64,000 nucleotides of DNA. Origin: Phaeosaccion multiseriatum (taxonomy: Eukaryota > Protista > Ochrophyta, other classes). Below, in pieces: positions 1 through 13,287 of this stretch. Made by a program: the position numbers and the translations under genes. The notes under the pieces were generated by a model. The model had not been told where the DNA came from, did not search any database, and saw only the letters and a program-made list of their open reading frames with translations. Positions within the stretch are counted from its first letter, which is position 1. Each line of letters begins with the position of its first letter. Where the stretch lies: assembly GCA_965112735.1 (NCBI GenBank), contig OZ218954.1:3534001-3598000 (forward strand). Direction: 5' to 3'.

Positions 1-48
1 CCTCTCCCTTGTGTATTGAATACCCAACACCTCTACCTGTGATCCCAG

Positions 49-344
49 GTAACGCGTGTCGTATGCTCGGCATCGACCCTACAAGAGGAAGGGCAGCGCT
101 CAAGGACGTAGCCAAGGTAGGGAGGGGATGGCAGTTTCGTGGCAGTGGATGGGGAAGTGAAGTGATGGTGGGGAGGAGAGGGATGGCAGTAGATGGGGAA
201 ATATATACAGGCCTCCATCCACCTCCCCATCCATACGCCTCTTCTGTAACCGCTCTTCCACCGCCCCCCCCCCTTCTGGTACCGTTCTCTCCTCCTACCC
301 AGAACCGGAGGAGTCGAGTGCGTCGCTTGCGCGCACATTTATAA
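49..344 (+). CDS. 3' end (last two exons, ~49-116 and 303-344) of an unidentified gene starting upstream of the window
   Basis: cccag acceptor at ~48, AAG|GTAGGG donor at 117, pyrimidine tract and cccag acceptor at 302, stop TAA ending at 344. Peptide GNACRMLGIDPTRGRAALKDVAK|NRRSRVRRLRAHL; no recognisable family. Confidence 0.4.
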
Positions 345-555
345 CGTTTGTAGTGCATGCCGATCGATCGCTGGGGAGATGGCAACTGATGCCGGCACAC
401 ACACTACAGGCGGCTGGATCGATAGATGGCAGCCGATGGCGGCATTTTGACGGGGCCGATCCATGGCATCGCGACTGCTTTGGTCACCAGAACACACGTC
501 ACACATAAGTGAGAACGGAGTTCAGCTGTGTTGGATGGAGGATGTAAATACTCAG

Positions 556-1080
556 GATTTGAATCACATTAATACAAGTGTTTCTTCTACTCGTACATGT
601 ATCGCTTCTTGAGAGGCATGATTTGAATCACATTAATACAACTAGTGTTTCTTCTACTCGTACATGTATCGCTTCTTGAGAGGCATGATTTGAATCACAT
701 TAATACAAGTGTTTCTTCTACTCGTACATGTATCGCTTCTTGAGAGGCATGATTTGAATCACATTAATACAAGTGTTTCTTCTTCTACTCGTACATGTAT
801 CGCTTCTTGAGAGGCATGATTTGAATCACATTAATACAAGTGTTTCTTCTTCTACTCGTACATGTATCGCTTCTTGAGAGGCATGATTTGAATCACATTA
901 ATACTAGTGTTTCTTCTACTCGTACATGTATCGCTTCTTGAGAGGCATGATTTGAATCACATTAATACAAGTGTTTCTTCTTCTACTCGTACATGTATCG
1001 CTTCTTGAGAGGCATGATTTGAATCACATTAATACAAGTGTTTCTTCTACTCGTACATGTATCGCTTCTTGAGAGGCATG
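556..1080. repeat. AT-rich minisatellite, 8 copies of a 64/67-bp unit
   Basis: Unit GATTTGAATCACATTAATACAAGTGTTTCTTCTACTCGTACATGTATCGCTTCTTGAGAGGCAT starts at 556, 620, 687, 751, 818, 885, 949 and 1016; no spacers. Confidence 0.95.
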
Positions 1081-1259
1081 CAGCCACGACAAGCGTGCTG
1101 AGTGAACTCTCTGCTATGTCGCCCCTTCCCAACCACTCCCCTGCTGTATCACCAACTGCTGCTGCTGCCTGTTGCCTCTGCTGCTTCCTGCTGCTATTCC
1201 TGCTGGAGTCTATTGTTGCTGCTGAGCACATGCGTGTGTGCGTGTGCGCGCGTGTCTAT

Positions 1260-1290
<31 letters not shown>

Positions 1291-1721
1291 CGTATGTGTG
1301 TGTGTGGGCCGGCCCATGCCCCGCCCCCAGTGAAGTGAATGTTTCCTTCCCATGTACAAGTGAGTAAGTAGCCTGCCTGCGTGATAGCAGGGCTCCTCTC
1401 CTCTCCTTTCCTCCCCTCTCCTCCCCTCTCCTCCCCCCTCCTCTCCTCTCCTCACCTCTCCTCTGCTCGTCTCTCTTCTCCTCTCCTCTCGTCGCCTAAG
1501 TCCGTCCTCAAGCCACACCGCAACGTCTATCACAGCGATCCATCCTTTCAGCCGTCAGTCCCAGTCTCACTCCTTAGCCCCAACAACAAATGTCGAGAGC
1601 CGAGCCGAGAACCGATATCTGCCTCCCGTCTCTACCCTTCCACCCTTGTGACGTCCCTTCCTTCAAGCCATCCGGCGGTCTATTGTCTGTCGACCATCCA
1701 TTGCCATCCATCACCGGTGTG

Positions 1722-4700
1722 TTAATAACTGCGAGCGGAACCAGCCGCCCCTTCCTCCCCCAGGCCTCGAGCAACTTTAACTTCGACTAGGCTACTGTCC
1801 AGGCCCCGGCCTGTGAGCACGTCCACCCAACGCCGGTTCACAGTTGTCTTCACAGCAGTGGATGAAGAGGGGCAGCTGCTACTATTGCTGCTGTCGCTGC
1901 CCTCATTACTGGCGCTGCTTAAACTGCTGCTGCTACCACCGCTACTACCACTTGTACCACCAACATGTGAACCACTGTCCGGAATTATGGCTGTGAAGGC
2001 GTATAAGGCAGCGAGAATGACTTCCGTGACGCTGTCATTGAAGAAGATCTGATCCACCTGCCCGATGATCTTCATCTGATTCGGTTGGCAGGGAAGGGGC
2101 GCGACAGACAGAGAGAGGAAGGGGCGGAGGGAGAGGCGGGGGGAGAAAGAGAGACACACAGAGAAAAAGAAACAGGGAGAGTGAGAGACGAAGGCGAATA
2201 GAACCGAGAGAGAGGGGGGGGGGGGGACAGAGACAGACAAGACGGACAAGAGAAAGTGACAGTGAGTGAGTGAGTAAGTGTGAGAGAGAGAAGGGAACAA
2301 GAAAGAGGCCGACAAGACAATGAGTGGGGGAGAGAGAGAGAGAGAGACAAGAGCAAGAGACAAGAAAGACACGAGAGAGAGACAGAGAGAGACAAGAGAG
2401 AGAGCATACCTTCTTGGCGACCCCGGGGCCCAAGAGGCCCGGCACATCGGCAAAGTTGGAGTGTTGAGAGCCTTTGAGGCTGAGGTGAAGGCACAGGGCA
2501 CTCTTGCCGCTCTCTACCATCTGCCGGGATCCCTCTGCTCTCGTCAAGAGGGGCGAGGGGAGCGGGGTAGGGAGGAGAGCGGGAGAGGGGGGTTGATTTA
2601 CACCCGGGTGGTACGGTTACCCGAGAAGGGAGGGGAGGCAGAGAGTGAGTGAGTGAGTGAGTGAGTGAGTGAGTGAGAAGCGGCTGGGCACGGAGCCAGC
2701 ATCGTGGGCTCTCTAACTACCCCACAGAGGTCCCTCGTCTGCCCTCCCTCTCCTCTCGCCCCCCCTCTGTACCACCCTCTGAACCGATCTGTTCTGTTCT
2801 GCTCTGCAACAACACCAATACAAGTACCACCACCGCCAAGGCAAACAAGCGTGTACTGAGAGCCGTTACAACCAACACACGTACCAACCCACTCCATTTC
2901 CGCGTCGAGGTTCTTCTTCCACTGCCACGCCTCATTGGAGATGACCACTTGAGGCGTCCTTGCCTTGTGCAGCACCTTCTCCCCCACCCCAGCCACAGAG
3001 ACCCCCGGGCACGTCACCGCCCTCGCTTCCCTCGTCGGAGACAACGACCGCGCCGCTTGGGCAGCGGCGGAGGCAGCGGTTTCCGACCAATCATCACTCG
3101 TGCTCTGAGGGAGTAGCTCAGCCTCTGCCTCTGACTCGTCTGTAGGGGTGGTGGAGGAGGAGGGGGAGGAGGAGGAGGACGAGGGGGGTGTGGTCTCCAT
3201 TCTCGGCAGAGGGAAGAACCAGGGATCGAGCGACACCACGACTCGGAGGCGGCTCCTGTGGAGGAGCTTGCTCGATCGCTCGATGAGCTGGGCCATGTGT
3301 AGCACTGTCGTGTGTGGGGGAGGGAGAGGGAGAGGGAGAGGGAGAGGAAGAGGGGGAGGGAGGGAGAGTTGAATGAGCAAGTGAGACTACACAAAACGTG
3401 CAAGATTGACAACGCACTCATCGCATCGCTGTATGCGGTGTGTCGCTACCAGCGATCACACACACAAGCAGAAAGCGCATACACCCGTCTGAATGCCCCA
3501 TATGCCCATACATGCCAACCATATGCCTACCCTATACAAGCGATCACACACACAAGCAGAAAGCGCATGCACCCGTCTGAATGCCCCATATGCCCATACA
3601 TGCCAACCATATGCCTACCCTATACAAGCGATCACACACACAAACAGAAAGCTCATACACCCGTCTGAATGCCCCATATGCCCATACATGCCAAACATAT
3701 GCCTACCCTATACAAGCGATCACACACACAAGCAGAAAGCGCATACACCCGTCTGAATGCCCCATATGCCCATATATGCCAACCATATGCCTACCCTATA
3801 TTAATACCCACCCACCTGTGGTCCCTCCGAAGCTGTGCCCCACCAAACTAATGCTATCGAGGTCCAGCGCCGCCCCGCCACAGCCCACCGCCTTGAGACT
3901 CTGCAGGTCTGTTTCCTTGTGAGCCTCGAGGTCAAGTGCTGCCCAAGAGTCACTGAGAGAGGCCTTGTGGATCACGCGGTTGCCGAGGATGTCCAGGTGG
4001 TCGAGTAGGAGAGACACCTGTTGTTGATGGGGTATTGTAGTTGTGCGCCATTTGTGAGTGTTGGTGTTGGTGTTGTGATTGTTGTGTGTTTGTAAGTGGA
4101 GGGCTCGTTAGGCTGGAGCGTGAGAGGGGGGAGGGTTGGGAATAAAGTGCAGGTCATCGTAGTAGGACAGCGAGGGAGAACAAGTACTTACGTAACAAAA
4201 ATGGCAGTGAATGGGAAAACGACTGACACGTTAAGAAGTAGAAAGTGGGCGCTCTGTCTGTCTATCTGCCTACCTGTCGGTCTGTGTGTCTATCTGCCTA
4301 CCTGTCGGTCTGTCTGTCTATCTGCCTACCTGTCGGTCTGTGTGTCTATCTGCCTACCTGTCGGTCTGTGTGTCTATCTGCCTACCTGTCGGTCTGTCTG
4401 TCTATCTGCCTACCTGCCGGTCTGTCTGTCTATCTGCCTACCTGTCGGTCTGTCTGTCTATCTGCCTACCTGTCGGTCTGTGTGTCTATCTGCCTACCTG
4501 TCGGTCTGTGTGTCTATCTGCCTACCTGTCGGTCTGTGTGTCTATCTGCCTACCTGTCGGTCTGTCTGTCTATCTGCTTCACTTCCAATCACTGACCTCT
4601 CTGATCCTCCGGCTGAGCTGCGACTGCCGGAAGGGAAGCTCCTCATCTCCCGGGGGCGGGCGGTCGTACCCCCGGGATCGCTCCCCCCCGGGAAAGACCG

Positions 4701-7700
4701 AGACCGCTGCGGTGCCGTCATTGCTCTCAGGGCAAAGGACCACAAAGCCGTGACTGGCCAGCTCGGCAGCGTAGCTGGCGGAGGAGGAGGAGGAGGAGGA
4801 GGAGGGAGCAGGAGGAGGAGGAGGAGAAGAAAGAAGGAGGAGGAAGAAGAAGAAGAGGAGGAGGAGGAGGAGGAGGAGGAGGAGGAGGAGGAGGAGGAGG
4901 AGGAGGAGGAGGAGGACGAGGAGGACGAGGAGGAGGAGGAGGAGGGGGAGGAGGAGGAGGGGGGAAGTGTAAGCTGGGACAAGCGTGCGTTGGAGGATGG
5001 CAGTGGACGGGGAAGGCACCCATTCAGACACACCCACACTCACATCCATCCCCCCCCCCCTGCCTGCATACACACACCTGCTGTATATGTTTTTGCTTCC
5101 CATAAGACCATGGTACAGAATCACCACGGGAAAGCCGGCGCCGCCAGCTGTGTCACTCCCCGGCGGGGCGTAACAGTTGCTACTACGCCTGCTGGATGAC
5201 CAACTGCTGCTGCTGCTGCTGCTGCCACTCCATCTCCTCCTGGCCACAGGGAAGAGAGGCTTGCCACTCCTGTCGAGGTATGCTGTGCAGAGGGAGAGGG
5301 GCGACGAGGCGGTGAGGTGGGAGTGAAGCGGACAGGGCAAAGCTCCAGCCTTGCTCTCTCTCTCTCTCTGTGTGTGTGCGTCGCTCGTTCTCTGTCTCTC
5401 TCTCTCATCTCCCTTCGCCCTCTCCCCCCCGCCACCCCGCTGCCTCCTTTACTCACCCCCGTCATAGGCCGAGTAGCGAAGGCGTGCAAAGTGCTGCCAC
5501 AGCATGAAGGGGAAGTTCACGGCCTTGGCGAATCCCGCAGAGTACTTGTATCGGTGGGACACGTACCTGGAGGAGGATGGCAGTGCATGGCAGTAGACGG
5601 CAGCGGATGGCAAGTTGTGTTTGTGAGTGACGAGACAAGCAAGCAAAGGAAAAAGGAAATAATGATAGGGTATTGCTACGTGCCGATCCCCCGTCTCTCC
5701 TCTCCTCTTGTTCCGATGCAAGCACACACACCACCAACCCCTCCTCCTTCGACGACAACGACCACCCTCTCGCTCCTCTCCCTCCCACCCTCCCCTCTTG
5801 TTCAGCTGTAATCACAGGTCTGCTCGTTCCCTTCTCCTCTGCCCCCCTATTCTTCGGATGCAAGCACATCCCATCCCCCTCTCCTTCCTCCTCCTCTCAT
5901 CTCCCTCTCTCCTCTTGTTCACATACGCCCGTGAAAGAAACCGTCTACGTACTTTGCCTTTAGAAGCGTTCGCCGTCGGAACTCCAGCACATCCGCCACC
6001 ACCGCCAGCAGCAGCAACACAAAGCAGCCCACGAGCGCAAACTTCGCCCTCGTCAGATCGTCCATAGAAGGAGGACCAGCACCAGCACCAGCAGTTGGTG
6101 ATACAGCACCGTCATCATGACCTTCAGCACCATCCGCATCAAACGGGGAGGCTGAGTCCTCCTCCTCCTCGTTCTCCACCTCCTCCTCCTCGTCTTCCAT
6201 CGCCACAAGTACAGAGAGGGTCCTGTACTCTGTCGTTATCGATAGATGCGCCCCCTCGACATCCACCGAGGGGGGGGGTGGGCAGAACTCCACCGCAGCT
6301 GAGGGGCAGTCCCGCATCCCGACGTAAGGGGAATAATTGTACTCTATCTTCTCTACATCGGGAGAGGGCTCCACTCCTCCTCCTCCTCCTCCGCCTCCTC
6401 CTCCTCCTCCTCCTCCTTCTCCCCCTCTTGTTGCTTGTTCTTCTTCTCCTCCTCCTGCTGCTGCCCCTCCGTCTTCTCGTTCATCGCCAGCCCCGCCGGA
6501 AACATCCTCCTCGCCCCCACCACTCCCACTCTTGGTTGGGTACCCCAACCCCACCCCGATATCCTCCTCCCGTCCACTGCCATCCTCACTTGCAGAAGAG
6601 TAGTCCAGCACCGTTCCTCCTGCTCCTCCTCCTACCATCCACTGCCATCCTTCTTCGCCTCCTTCTACCATCCACTCCCATCCTCTTTCCCCAAGTACCC
6701 GCCTTAGCCCACTCTGTGCGGACTGAGCAAGATCATTTGTTGCGCTCCCCACTCGTGAGGCACTCCATTGGCTCCCCAGAGACGCTACCACCTCTCCCCA
6801 AATGGCGTCGGTAGGTATGTAGAGTGCCACCAGCAGGGCAGAGGCCAGACTGGAGAGAAGGGTGTGGCGATAGGCCAGCCGCTGCGTGAGGCGGGGCGTC
6901 CAGTGGCCGTTGCTAAATGGTTGAGGGAGGGAGGGAGGGAGGGAGGGAAGGAAGGAGGGGGGGAGGGACGGAGGGAAGGAGGGAGGGAAGAAGGGAAGGA
7001 GGGAGGGAGGGAGGGAGGGAAGGAGGGAGGGAGGGAGGGAAGGAAGGGGGGAGGGAAGAAGGGAAGGAAGGAGGGAAGAAGGGAAGGAGGGAGGGAGGGG
7101 GGGGAGCGAGGGAGGGAGTGAAGGAGGGAGAAAAGGGGGGAGGAAGGGAGAGACGGAAAATGGGAGGGTGAAGGCGGGGGGGGGCAGCGGGGATCAATCC
7201 TGAGGGGGTGCGTGAAGAGCAAAAACTACTGGCCACCGCATGGAACACTTGCAATTTTTCGGCTGTGAGCCACCATCGAGTTCAGTTCAGGTCAGTTCAA
7301 TAGACCTTCACCAATGTACTGATCCCTCGATTCAAAATATCGATCCACAATATCGACCCTAAAGTCAGATATCACATGCTGAGCAACCGAGGCACACCCC
7401 TAATTCGTCTAGGATAATACACTGAAACTTAAAAGTCTTTCTCTTACCTTGTGGGCTCGCTCCTGGTGACTCCCAAGGGGTAGCGCCGCGCTTTGGCCAC
7501 ATCTCTAAGGGGGACGTATCGGGGGAGGGGGGAAGGATAGCGAGAGAGAGAGAGAGAGGATGACGGAGGGGGAGGGAGGACGAAAGGGGCGAGTGCCGAG
7601 GGAAAGAGGGAAGATGACCGGAGAGAGAGGGAGAAGGAGGATGAAGGGAGAAAGGGTGGGGTAGAGGCACGGAGTGACAGAGGAAGCGGGGGTGGGGGGA

Positions 7701-9634
7701 GAGAGGGGGAGAAGAAAGATGAAGGGAGAGTACATGCATGAGAGGAGGAAACGGCAGAAACGCACAGAGAGAGCTCACAGTCTCTCTGTCTCTATCTCTA
7801 TCTCAAGGTTTCCACTCACTCATGCTCTATCGGGTAGAAGGCCTGCACCATGCACTCGAGCAGGCCGTGCTTGCCACTCTCTTTATCCGGGTCGCCGTCG
7901 CCAAACAGGCCACCATCCCCGCAGGCCCTCTCCTACGTCAACGAAAGGGAAGGGAAGACACGACGTTGGGGTATAGGTGCAGAAGGAAGGCAGCAGGTTT
8001 GAGTTTGAGGTTGGATTTATTGACCTCGATCAAAGGAAGGGAAGAGGAAGACAGCCCGAGAGGAAGAGAGCGACAGAGAGCGAGAGAGGGAGGGGTGGGG
8101 GGGGGGGCAGAGAGGGAGGAAGGGAGCGACACATGGAAGAGTGAGAGTGAGAGAGCGCAGCCCGTACGTAACACTTACTAAGCAGCACATGTAATCTTAC
8201 GTAAGTCTTACCTTCCGATGCCGATCGCTGTTGGGAAGCACGGTACGAACGTGCTCGGTGACTGTTCCTACGGCAAAGCGCCCTCGTGTATCCACGGGTA
8301 GGAGTTTCGGGAGAAGGAAGCAGAACATCAGCGACAGGCATACGAGGACCAGCATCATGCCACCCAGTGCCATCTCGACACCGGCGCCGCCATCTGCGAC
8401 TCTGTTGCTGGATGACCAACTGCTGGTGCTGATACCCTGCCATAGGTTGCAAAGGCCCGTGGTGAGGCCGGTGGTGGTGCTGCGGATGACTCTCCACAGA
8501 TCGAGAAGGCTGCTGGTGCTGAAGCTTTCCCATAGGTCCAGAAGGACCTTGGTAACGATACCGGATGACCAACTGCTGCTGAGCCTGCTGCTGATGTCCT
8601 GCCATAACTCGGTAAGGCCAGCGGTAACACTGCCGCTGCTGATGCTGCCGCTGCTGATACTGCTCCTCATGCTCCGCCATAAGTCAAGAGGGCTGATGTA
8701 ACTGTTGATGCCTTGGCATAAGTCACGAAGGACAAAACTGACGACGGCCGCATACACAGGTAGCAGTTGAAAGCGCCATAGGTCTAGGGCAAGGTGGAGG
8801 GAGAGGGTGATGAGAAGCGCCGTGCTGGCGGAGGATAAGCAGAAGGGGCCGAGCGCACAGCTAGCACTGCTTGGGGGAGTCGGGGAGGGGAGGGGAGGGG
8901 AGGGAGGGAGAGACCGGGGGGGGGGAGGGCAGGCAGGGAGGGAGGGAGGGAGGGAGGGAGGGAGGGAGAGAGGAGGGAGGGGAGGGGGCGGTGGAGAGTG
9001 AGTGAGGGGGGTGGGAGTGATGGAGGGGAGTGAGAAGGACATGGGTTAGAGGGAAGAGGTCAGTCAAAGCAGGGAGAGGCTTGGGTGAGAGTGATGCCTG
9101 CCTCCACCGTGGCGGTGGGTTCACTTTCTCAAAGGGGTCAAGCCACGGAGGACAGCGCCGGGCGGGGGGCAGGAATGATATATCTCTTTTCTTCGGCCCT
9201 CCGCTCCGCTCCCAGTGGCGGGTAGGTAGGTGGTAACTCGAGGCCTTCCACCTAATATCATGTCTATGTCCTCCCTCCTTTTCTCTCCTTCTCTCGTCGC
9301 CTCTCTGCTTCACTGACCTGCTTAGCTTGATGGTGTGACACGTGGGTGAGCGGAGCGCCTCCCGGACCTGCCTAAACGCTTCTCCGCCCGCGGCAATGGA
9401 TGGAAAGGTGCTGAGGGCGCACACCACCGTACAGAGCACGAGTAGGGCCTCCAAGTGCGACCACAAGAGCGTGCGAAGAGGGTTCGGTAGACGTCGAGGA
9501 GGGAGTGCGGGGAAATGGTCGGCCGTGCCGCCCAGTCCCCTCCCGCCTGCCACTACTGGAATATCTTGTTTGCTACTCCGGCGCCGCTGAAGCTTAAGGC
9601 GGCGGGTGCCATTTCCCCCTGCACCCATGCCCAT
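1722..9634 (-). CDS. Platelet-activating-factor acetylhydrolase (PAF-AH II / PLA2G7-like) alpha/beta hydrolase with N-terminal hydrophobic segments, ~11 exons
   Basis: Ordered exon motifs on the minus strand: PVDTRGRFAVGT (~8290), MVQAFYP (~7840), FPVVILYHGLMGSKNIYS (~5100), ELASHGFVVLCPESNDGTA (~4740), nucleophile elbow LVGHSFGG (~3835), VVSLDPWFFP (~3225), KGSQHSNFADVP (~2460). GT-AG boundaries seen. Start codon uncertain. Confidence 0.85.
3451..3800. repeat. Intronic minisatellite, 4 x 88 bp
   Basis: Unit AGCGATCACACACACAAGCAGAAAGCGCATACACCCGTCTGAATGCCCCATATGCCC... at 3451, 3539, 3627 and 3715. Confidence 0.92.
4254..4577. repeat. Intronic minisatellite, ~11 x 28 bp
   Basis: Unit TCTATCTGCCTACCTGTCGGTCTGT(G/C)TG repeated in tandem. 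Confidence 0.92.
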
Positions 9635-10040
9635 TCACCCCCCCTGCCCCTCCCCGAGGAGAGAGCAATCAAGGCTGCGCAACGAGCGTCAAGCGTCACA
9701 CAGGGAAACAGGAGCCGTTCGGATTTTGCTGGGCCGCCCAGTGCGCTGGCGGCAAGAAGCGACTATCCTGCGTTAGCTAGGAGTGGTTTATCAACACGCT
9801 TTGGTATTCCTATCCTCCACTGTTTGAAGGGGGGAAGAGAGAGGTGTAAATATTGTTTGGGTGGATTTTTGGGGTGGTTGATCGTTAGTCCATATTTTCA
9901 CAGATGGCTTGGCGCACCAACAGTCCTACATCCGTTTTGAGACGGACCACACCCCCCAAAAAAAAAGAGGCGAGAGAGGCGTCTTCCCCGTGCCTCTTCC
10001 GCTCTCGACTCCGCGCGGAACCCCCCAACGTCACGCAATC

Positions 10041-12021
10041 ATGCCACGCACGCGCAAGGCTCCGCGCTTCTCTTTTGGTACGTATTGACGAATTCTGCCC
10101 CCTGGCAGAAGAGTGGGAAATTAGGGAAGGAGGAAAGGGATGGAGAGTGATGAGGTTGGGTAGTGTAGGATTCAGGCGGCGATTGACAGATCGGGGGCTG
10201 TTGGGATGGCATGTCCCCCAAACCACTCCCCCCCTCACCCGTCATCCCCCACCCCCCCCCATCCCCCCGCCCGATCCCCATCCCCCCGCCCCCACCCCCG
10301 CCCTCTCATGTGGACCCTCTTGCCCCCCTCTCCCCTCCTACTCCTACCCCCCTTCCCCCCCGCTCTCTACCTCGCAAGGAACCTCCTTCGAGCACAAGTA
10401 CTGGCTCAACCACGAGTGCTGCGGCCTTGTGTGCGCCATGTTGGTGTGGGCGCTGCTCCTCTACTCATGGCTCACCATCACACTCATCGTTCTGCGCCCT
10501 TACCCCATGGCCCAGTGCCTGTCCCCGTACAAGGCGGTGAACATCGTGGGCTTCACTCTCCTGTCGGGTATGGCCGTGTGGGCACACCTTCGGACGATGC
10601 TCACTGATCCAGGGAGCGTTCCGCGGGTAAGGTAGCACACCACTTGGAAGTGAAACAGGACCCACAACCCCCCCATATTCTCTCATCGCCACCGCTTCTT
10701 GCTCTGCATCGCTGTGACCCTATCTGTGACCCCATCTGTTGACCCTATCTCTCTCCATCCCTGTCTCCTCCTCTTTCGATAGGACGCGGAGCCCATTCGA
10801 GAGGCGGGGGATGATGACGAGGACGAGGAGGAAGGTCTCGACGAACGCTCTCAACTAAACCGGAGAAGCAACAAGGGAGGGGGGAGCGGAGTAGGAGACG
10901 GAGGAAACAATGTAGGTGCCTTGGCACCAGCAGCAGGAGGGGCAGGAGTAGCGGGAGGGGTGGGGCAGAGCGGTGCTTTTCATGGAGGAGAAGGCGAAGG
11001 AGAGGGGGGATTGAGCCTGCTGGGCGGGGTGGGTGGGACCGGAATCAACCCTGGATGGAGGCAGCAGCAGCGGCAGCGGGCGAGGAGGAAGAACAACGTG
11101 CCCATACGCCTTTGCAGAAGGTGTGACGCATTCAAACCCCCCCGGGCTCACCACTGCAGCATCTGTGGACGCTGCATTATTAAGATGGACGTAAGTGCAG
11201 TGCTGGATGGATTATTGGCGGTGTAGATTGCCATGTTTGTTCCTCACCCCCTCACCCCCTCACCCCCTCACCCTCACCACACCCCTCCCCCCTCGCTCTC
11301 CACCCCTCGCCCGTGACACTCCACAGCACCACTGCCCGTGGGTCAACAACTGCGTGGGGCTGCTGAATCACAAGTTGTTCATCCTCTTCATATCATACGT
11401 CGCCATCTTGAGTTCCTATGCCCTCATTCTCCTCGCGCTCAAGTTCACACTACTGAGAAGCAGTGAGGTAAGCGCAGGCGTGCGTTTCCGTTTCACGGTG
11501 CCCTGTCTGTTTCAGTTACAGTTTCAGATTCGGTTTCGACTCATTTACTTGCTTGCAATGGGGTTAGAGTGCCCCCTCCCGCATTGAACACCTTCCCCTT
11601 CAGCGAGGAACGCGCTGGATCCTTAAAGGCCTCTCCCATATTATTTTGAAGCCCCTTGCTCCTTGACTCCCTCTCCTTCCCTTTTCCCTCCCCTCCATCC
11701 CCCCTCTCCCTCTCTCCCTCCCTCCAACCCTCTCTCTCCCCCTCTCCCCAGCCCGCGGAATGTCGCTTCACTGGTATCAAGGAAGCCAACAGCGTGTTCC
11801 TGTGCATGGTCCTCAGTGGCATCTCCCTCCTCTTCGGCCTGTTCACCGTGTGCATGCTCTTCGATCAGTGCTCCACCATCTCCACCGGATCGACGAAGAT
11901 TGACCGGCTCAAGGTAAGATAGACGGACTCATAGTAGAGGGTTTAATGATGAGCCCTTTTGCCCTCGAGACAGGGCTTGGCTTGGTTTGTTTGCCGTGTC
12001 CGTGTCTTTTGTGTGTGGGGG

Positions 12022-12108
<87 letters not shown>

Positions 12109-13034
12109 TGTGATTGTCTATGTATGTGTGTACTGTCCTTCCCAGCATGTGCTGTGCGTGCCCTGCCTGCCTCCTCACCACGCACCACTGCTGTTCATCC
12201 CCTTCCCGCCCCCAATCCCACCATATCGCCCCTACGCCCCCTTGTTGATGCTCGCGCACTCACTCACACACGCACTCACCCATGCACCTACCCACCCACG
12301 CACCTACCCACCTACACGCGCGCACAACCCACACGCACACCCACACACACCCACACACACCCACAGGGTGAAGTCCACGAGACCAACGCGGACGTGAGCG
12401 AGTTGTGCGGGGTGAGCAAGTCCCGATGGACCGCGAGAGCCGCGTGGTTCCTCCCCTTCCCAGCCACCTTTCCTGACGGGGTTGTGGAGCGCGTTCTAGG
12501 CTACTGCCGCTCCGCCAAGTCCTCCTCTTCCCCCTCCTCCTCCTCCTCCTCCTCTTCATCCATGATCATGATGGAAGAAGGAGGGACAGGAGGAGGAGGC
12601 TGGGCCAGCAGCCATGGTAAACTCGCGGCGGCGGAGGCGGGGGGAGGGGGAGGGGCTGGGCGCAGTAGCAGCGAGCGCAGTAGCGACGACGAGGAGGCAT
12701 CAGCAGCCTTCCTTGATGGGGGCTGGTCACAAGGAAGGCTGCTCCCTCCCCCAAGGAGCAGCAGCAGCGCACGCAGGAGGCTCTCCCCAGCCATGCAGCA
12801 ACGTCAGCAGTTGGTGGTACAGCAGCGTGGAGGGGGTCGGGGAGGGGGGGCGGTGGAGATGGCACCCATGCCGTCGTCGACAGGTGTGAGTGCTGGAGGG
12901 GGGGGCGGGGTAGGGAGCAACGTGCGGCCGGCGCACGGTCAGGTCGGAGCAGAGGCAGGGGAGGGGGAGGGGGCGACGGATGATGATGCGACGTCTGCGA
13001 CCTCGGCTCTAATCCCCTCCAGCCACACGCAGCA

Positions 13035-13065
<31 letters not shown>

Positions 13066-13086
13066 GGTGGCAGCAACGGGGTGTAG
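10041..13086 (+). CDS. DHHC-type S-palmitoyltransferase (ZDHHC3/7-like), ~6 exons
   Basis: MPRTRKAPRFSFG|TSFEHKYWLNHECCGLVCAM, TM helices, MLTDPGSVP, CRRCDAFKPPRAHHCSICGRCIIKMD|HHCPWVNNCVG (DHHC split by an intron), TGSTKIDRLK, WFLP; low-complexity C-terminal tail. Confidence 0.92.
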
Positions 13087-13196
13087 CGGTGCAATGAGTG
13101 CGTGAAAGAAGCCGCCCTTTAACACAATAATTTTGTGCTTCTCTACCATCTATGTGCATGAGGCTTGTAAATGGCTTTGCCTTGGATGGTTTTTAA

Positions 13197-13287
13197 TCAA
13201 CCCCTGATACACTATCGCCCACATTCTCGACAGCGCGCTATCGGGCCGGTAGCGGATAGCAATTGCGGATAGTGTATCAGGGGTTGA
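13197..13287. mobile_element. 91-bp MITE with 20-bp TIRs, flanked by TTAA
   Basis: TTAA|TCAACCCCTGATACACTATC ... GATAGTGTATCAGGGGTTGA|TTAA. TTAA target duplication is typical of the piggyBac and Kolobok superfamilies. Confidence 0.75.

Noticed and set aside
556-1080. CRISPR array or snoRNA cluster
   Set aside because: Units are contiguous with no unique spacers, there are no cas genes, the context is eukaryotic, and no proper C/D boxes are present.
4096-5199. 367-aa plus-strand ORF and other repeat-derived ORFs (VCVC, GGRE, PSLP, THTH)
   Set aside because: They are antisense to, or intronic within, spliced genes and consist of microsatellite translations.
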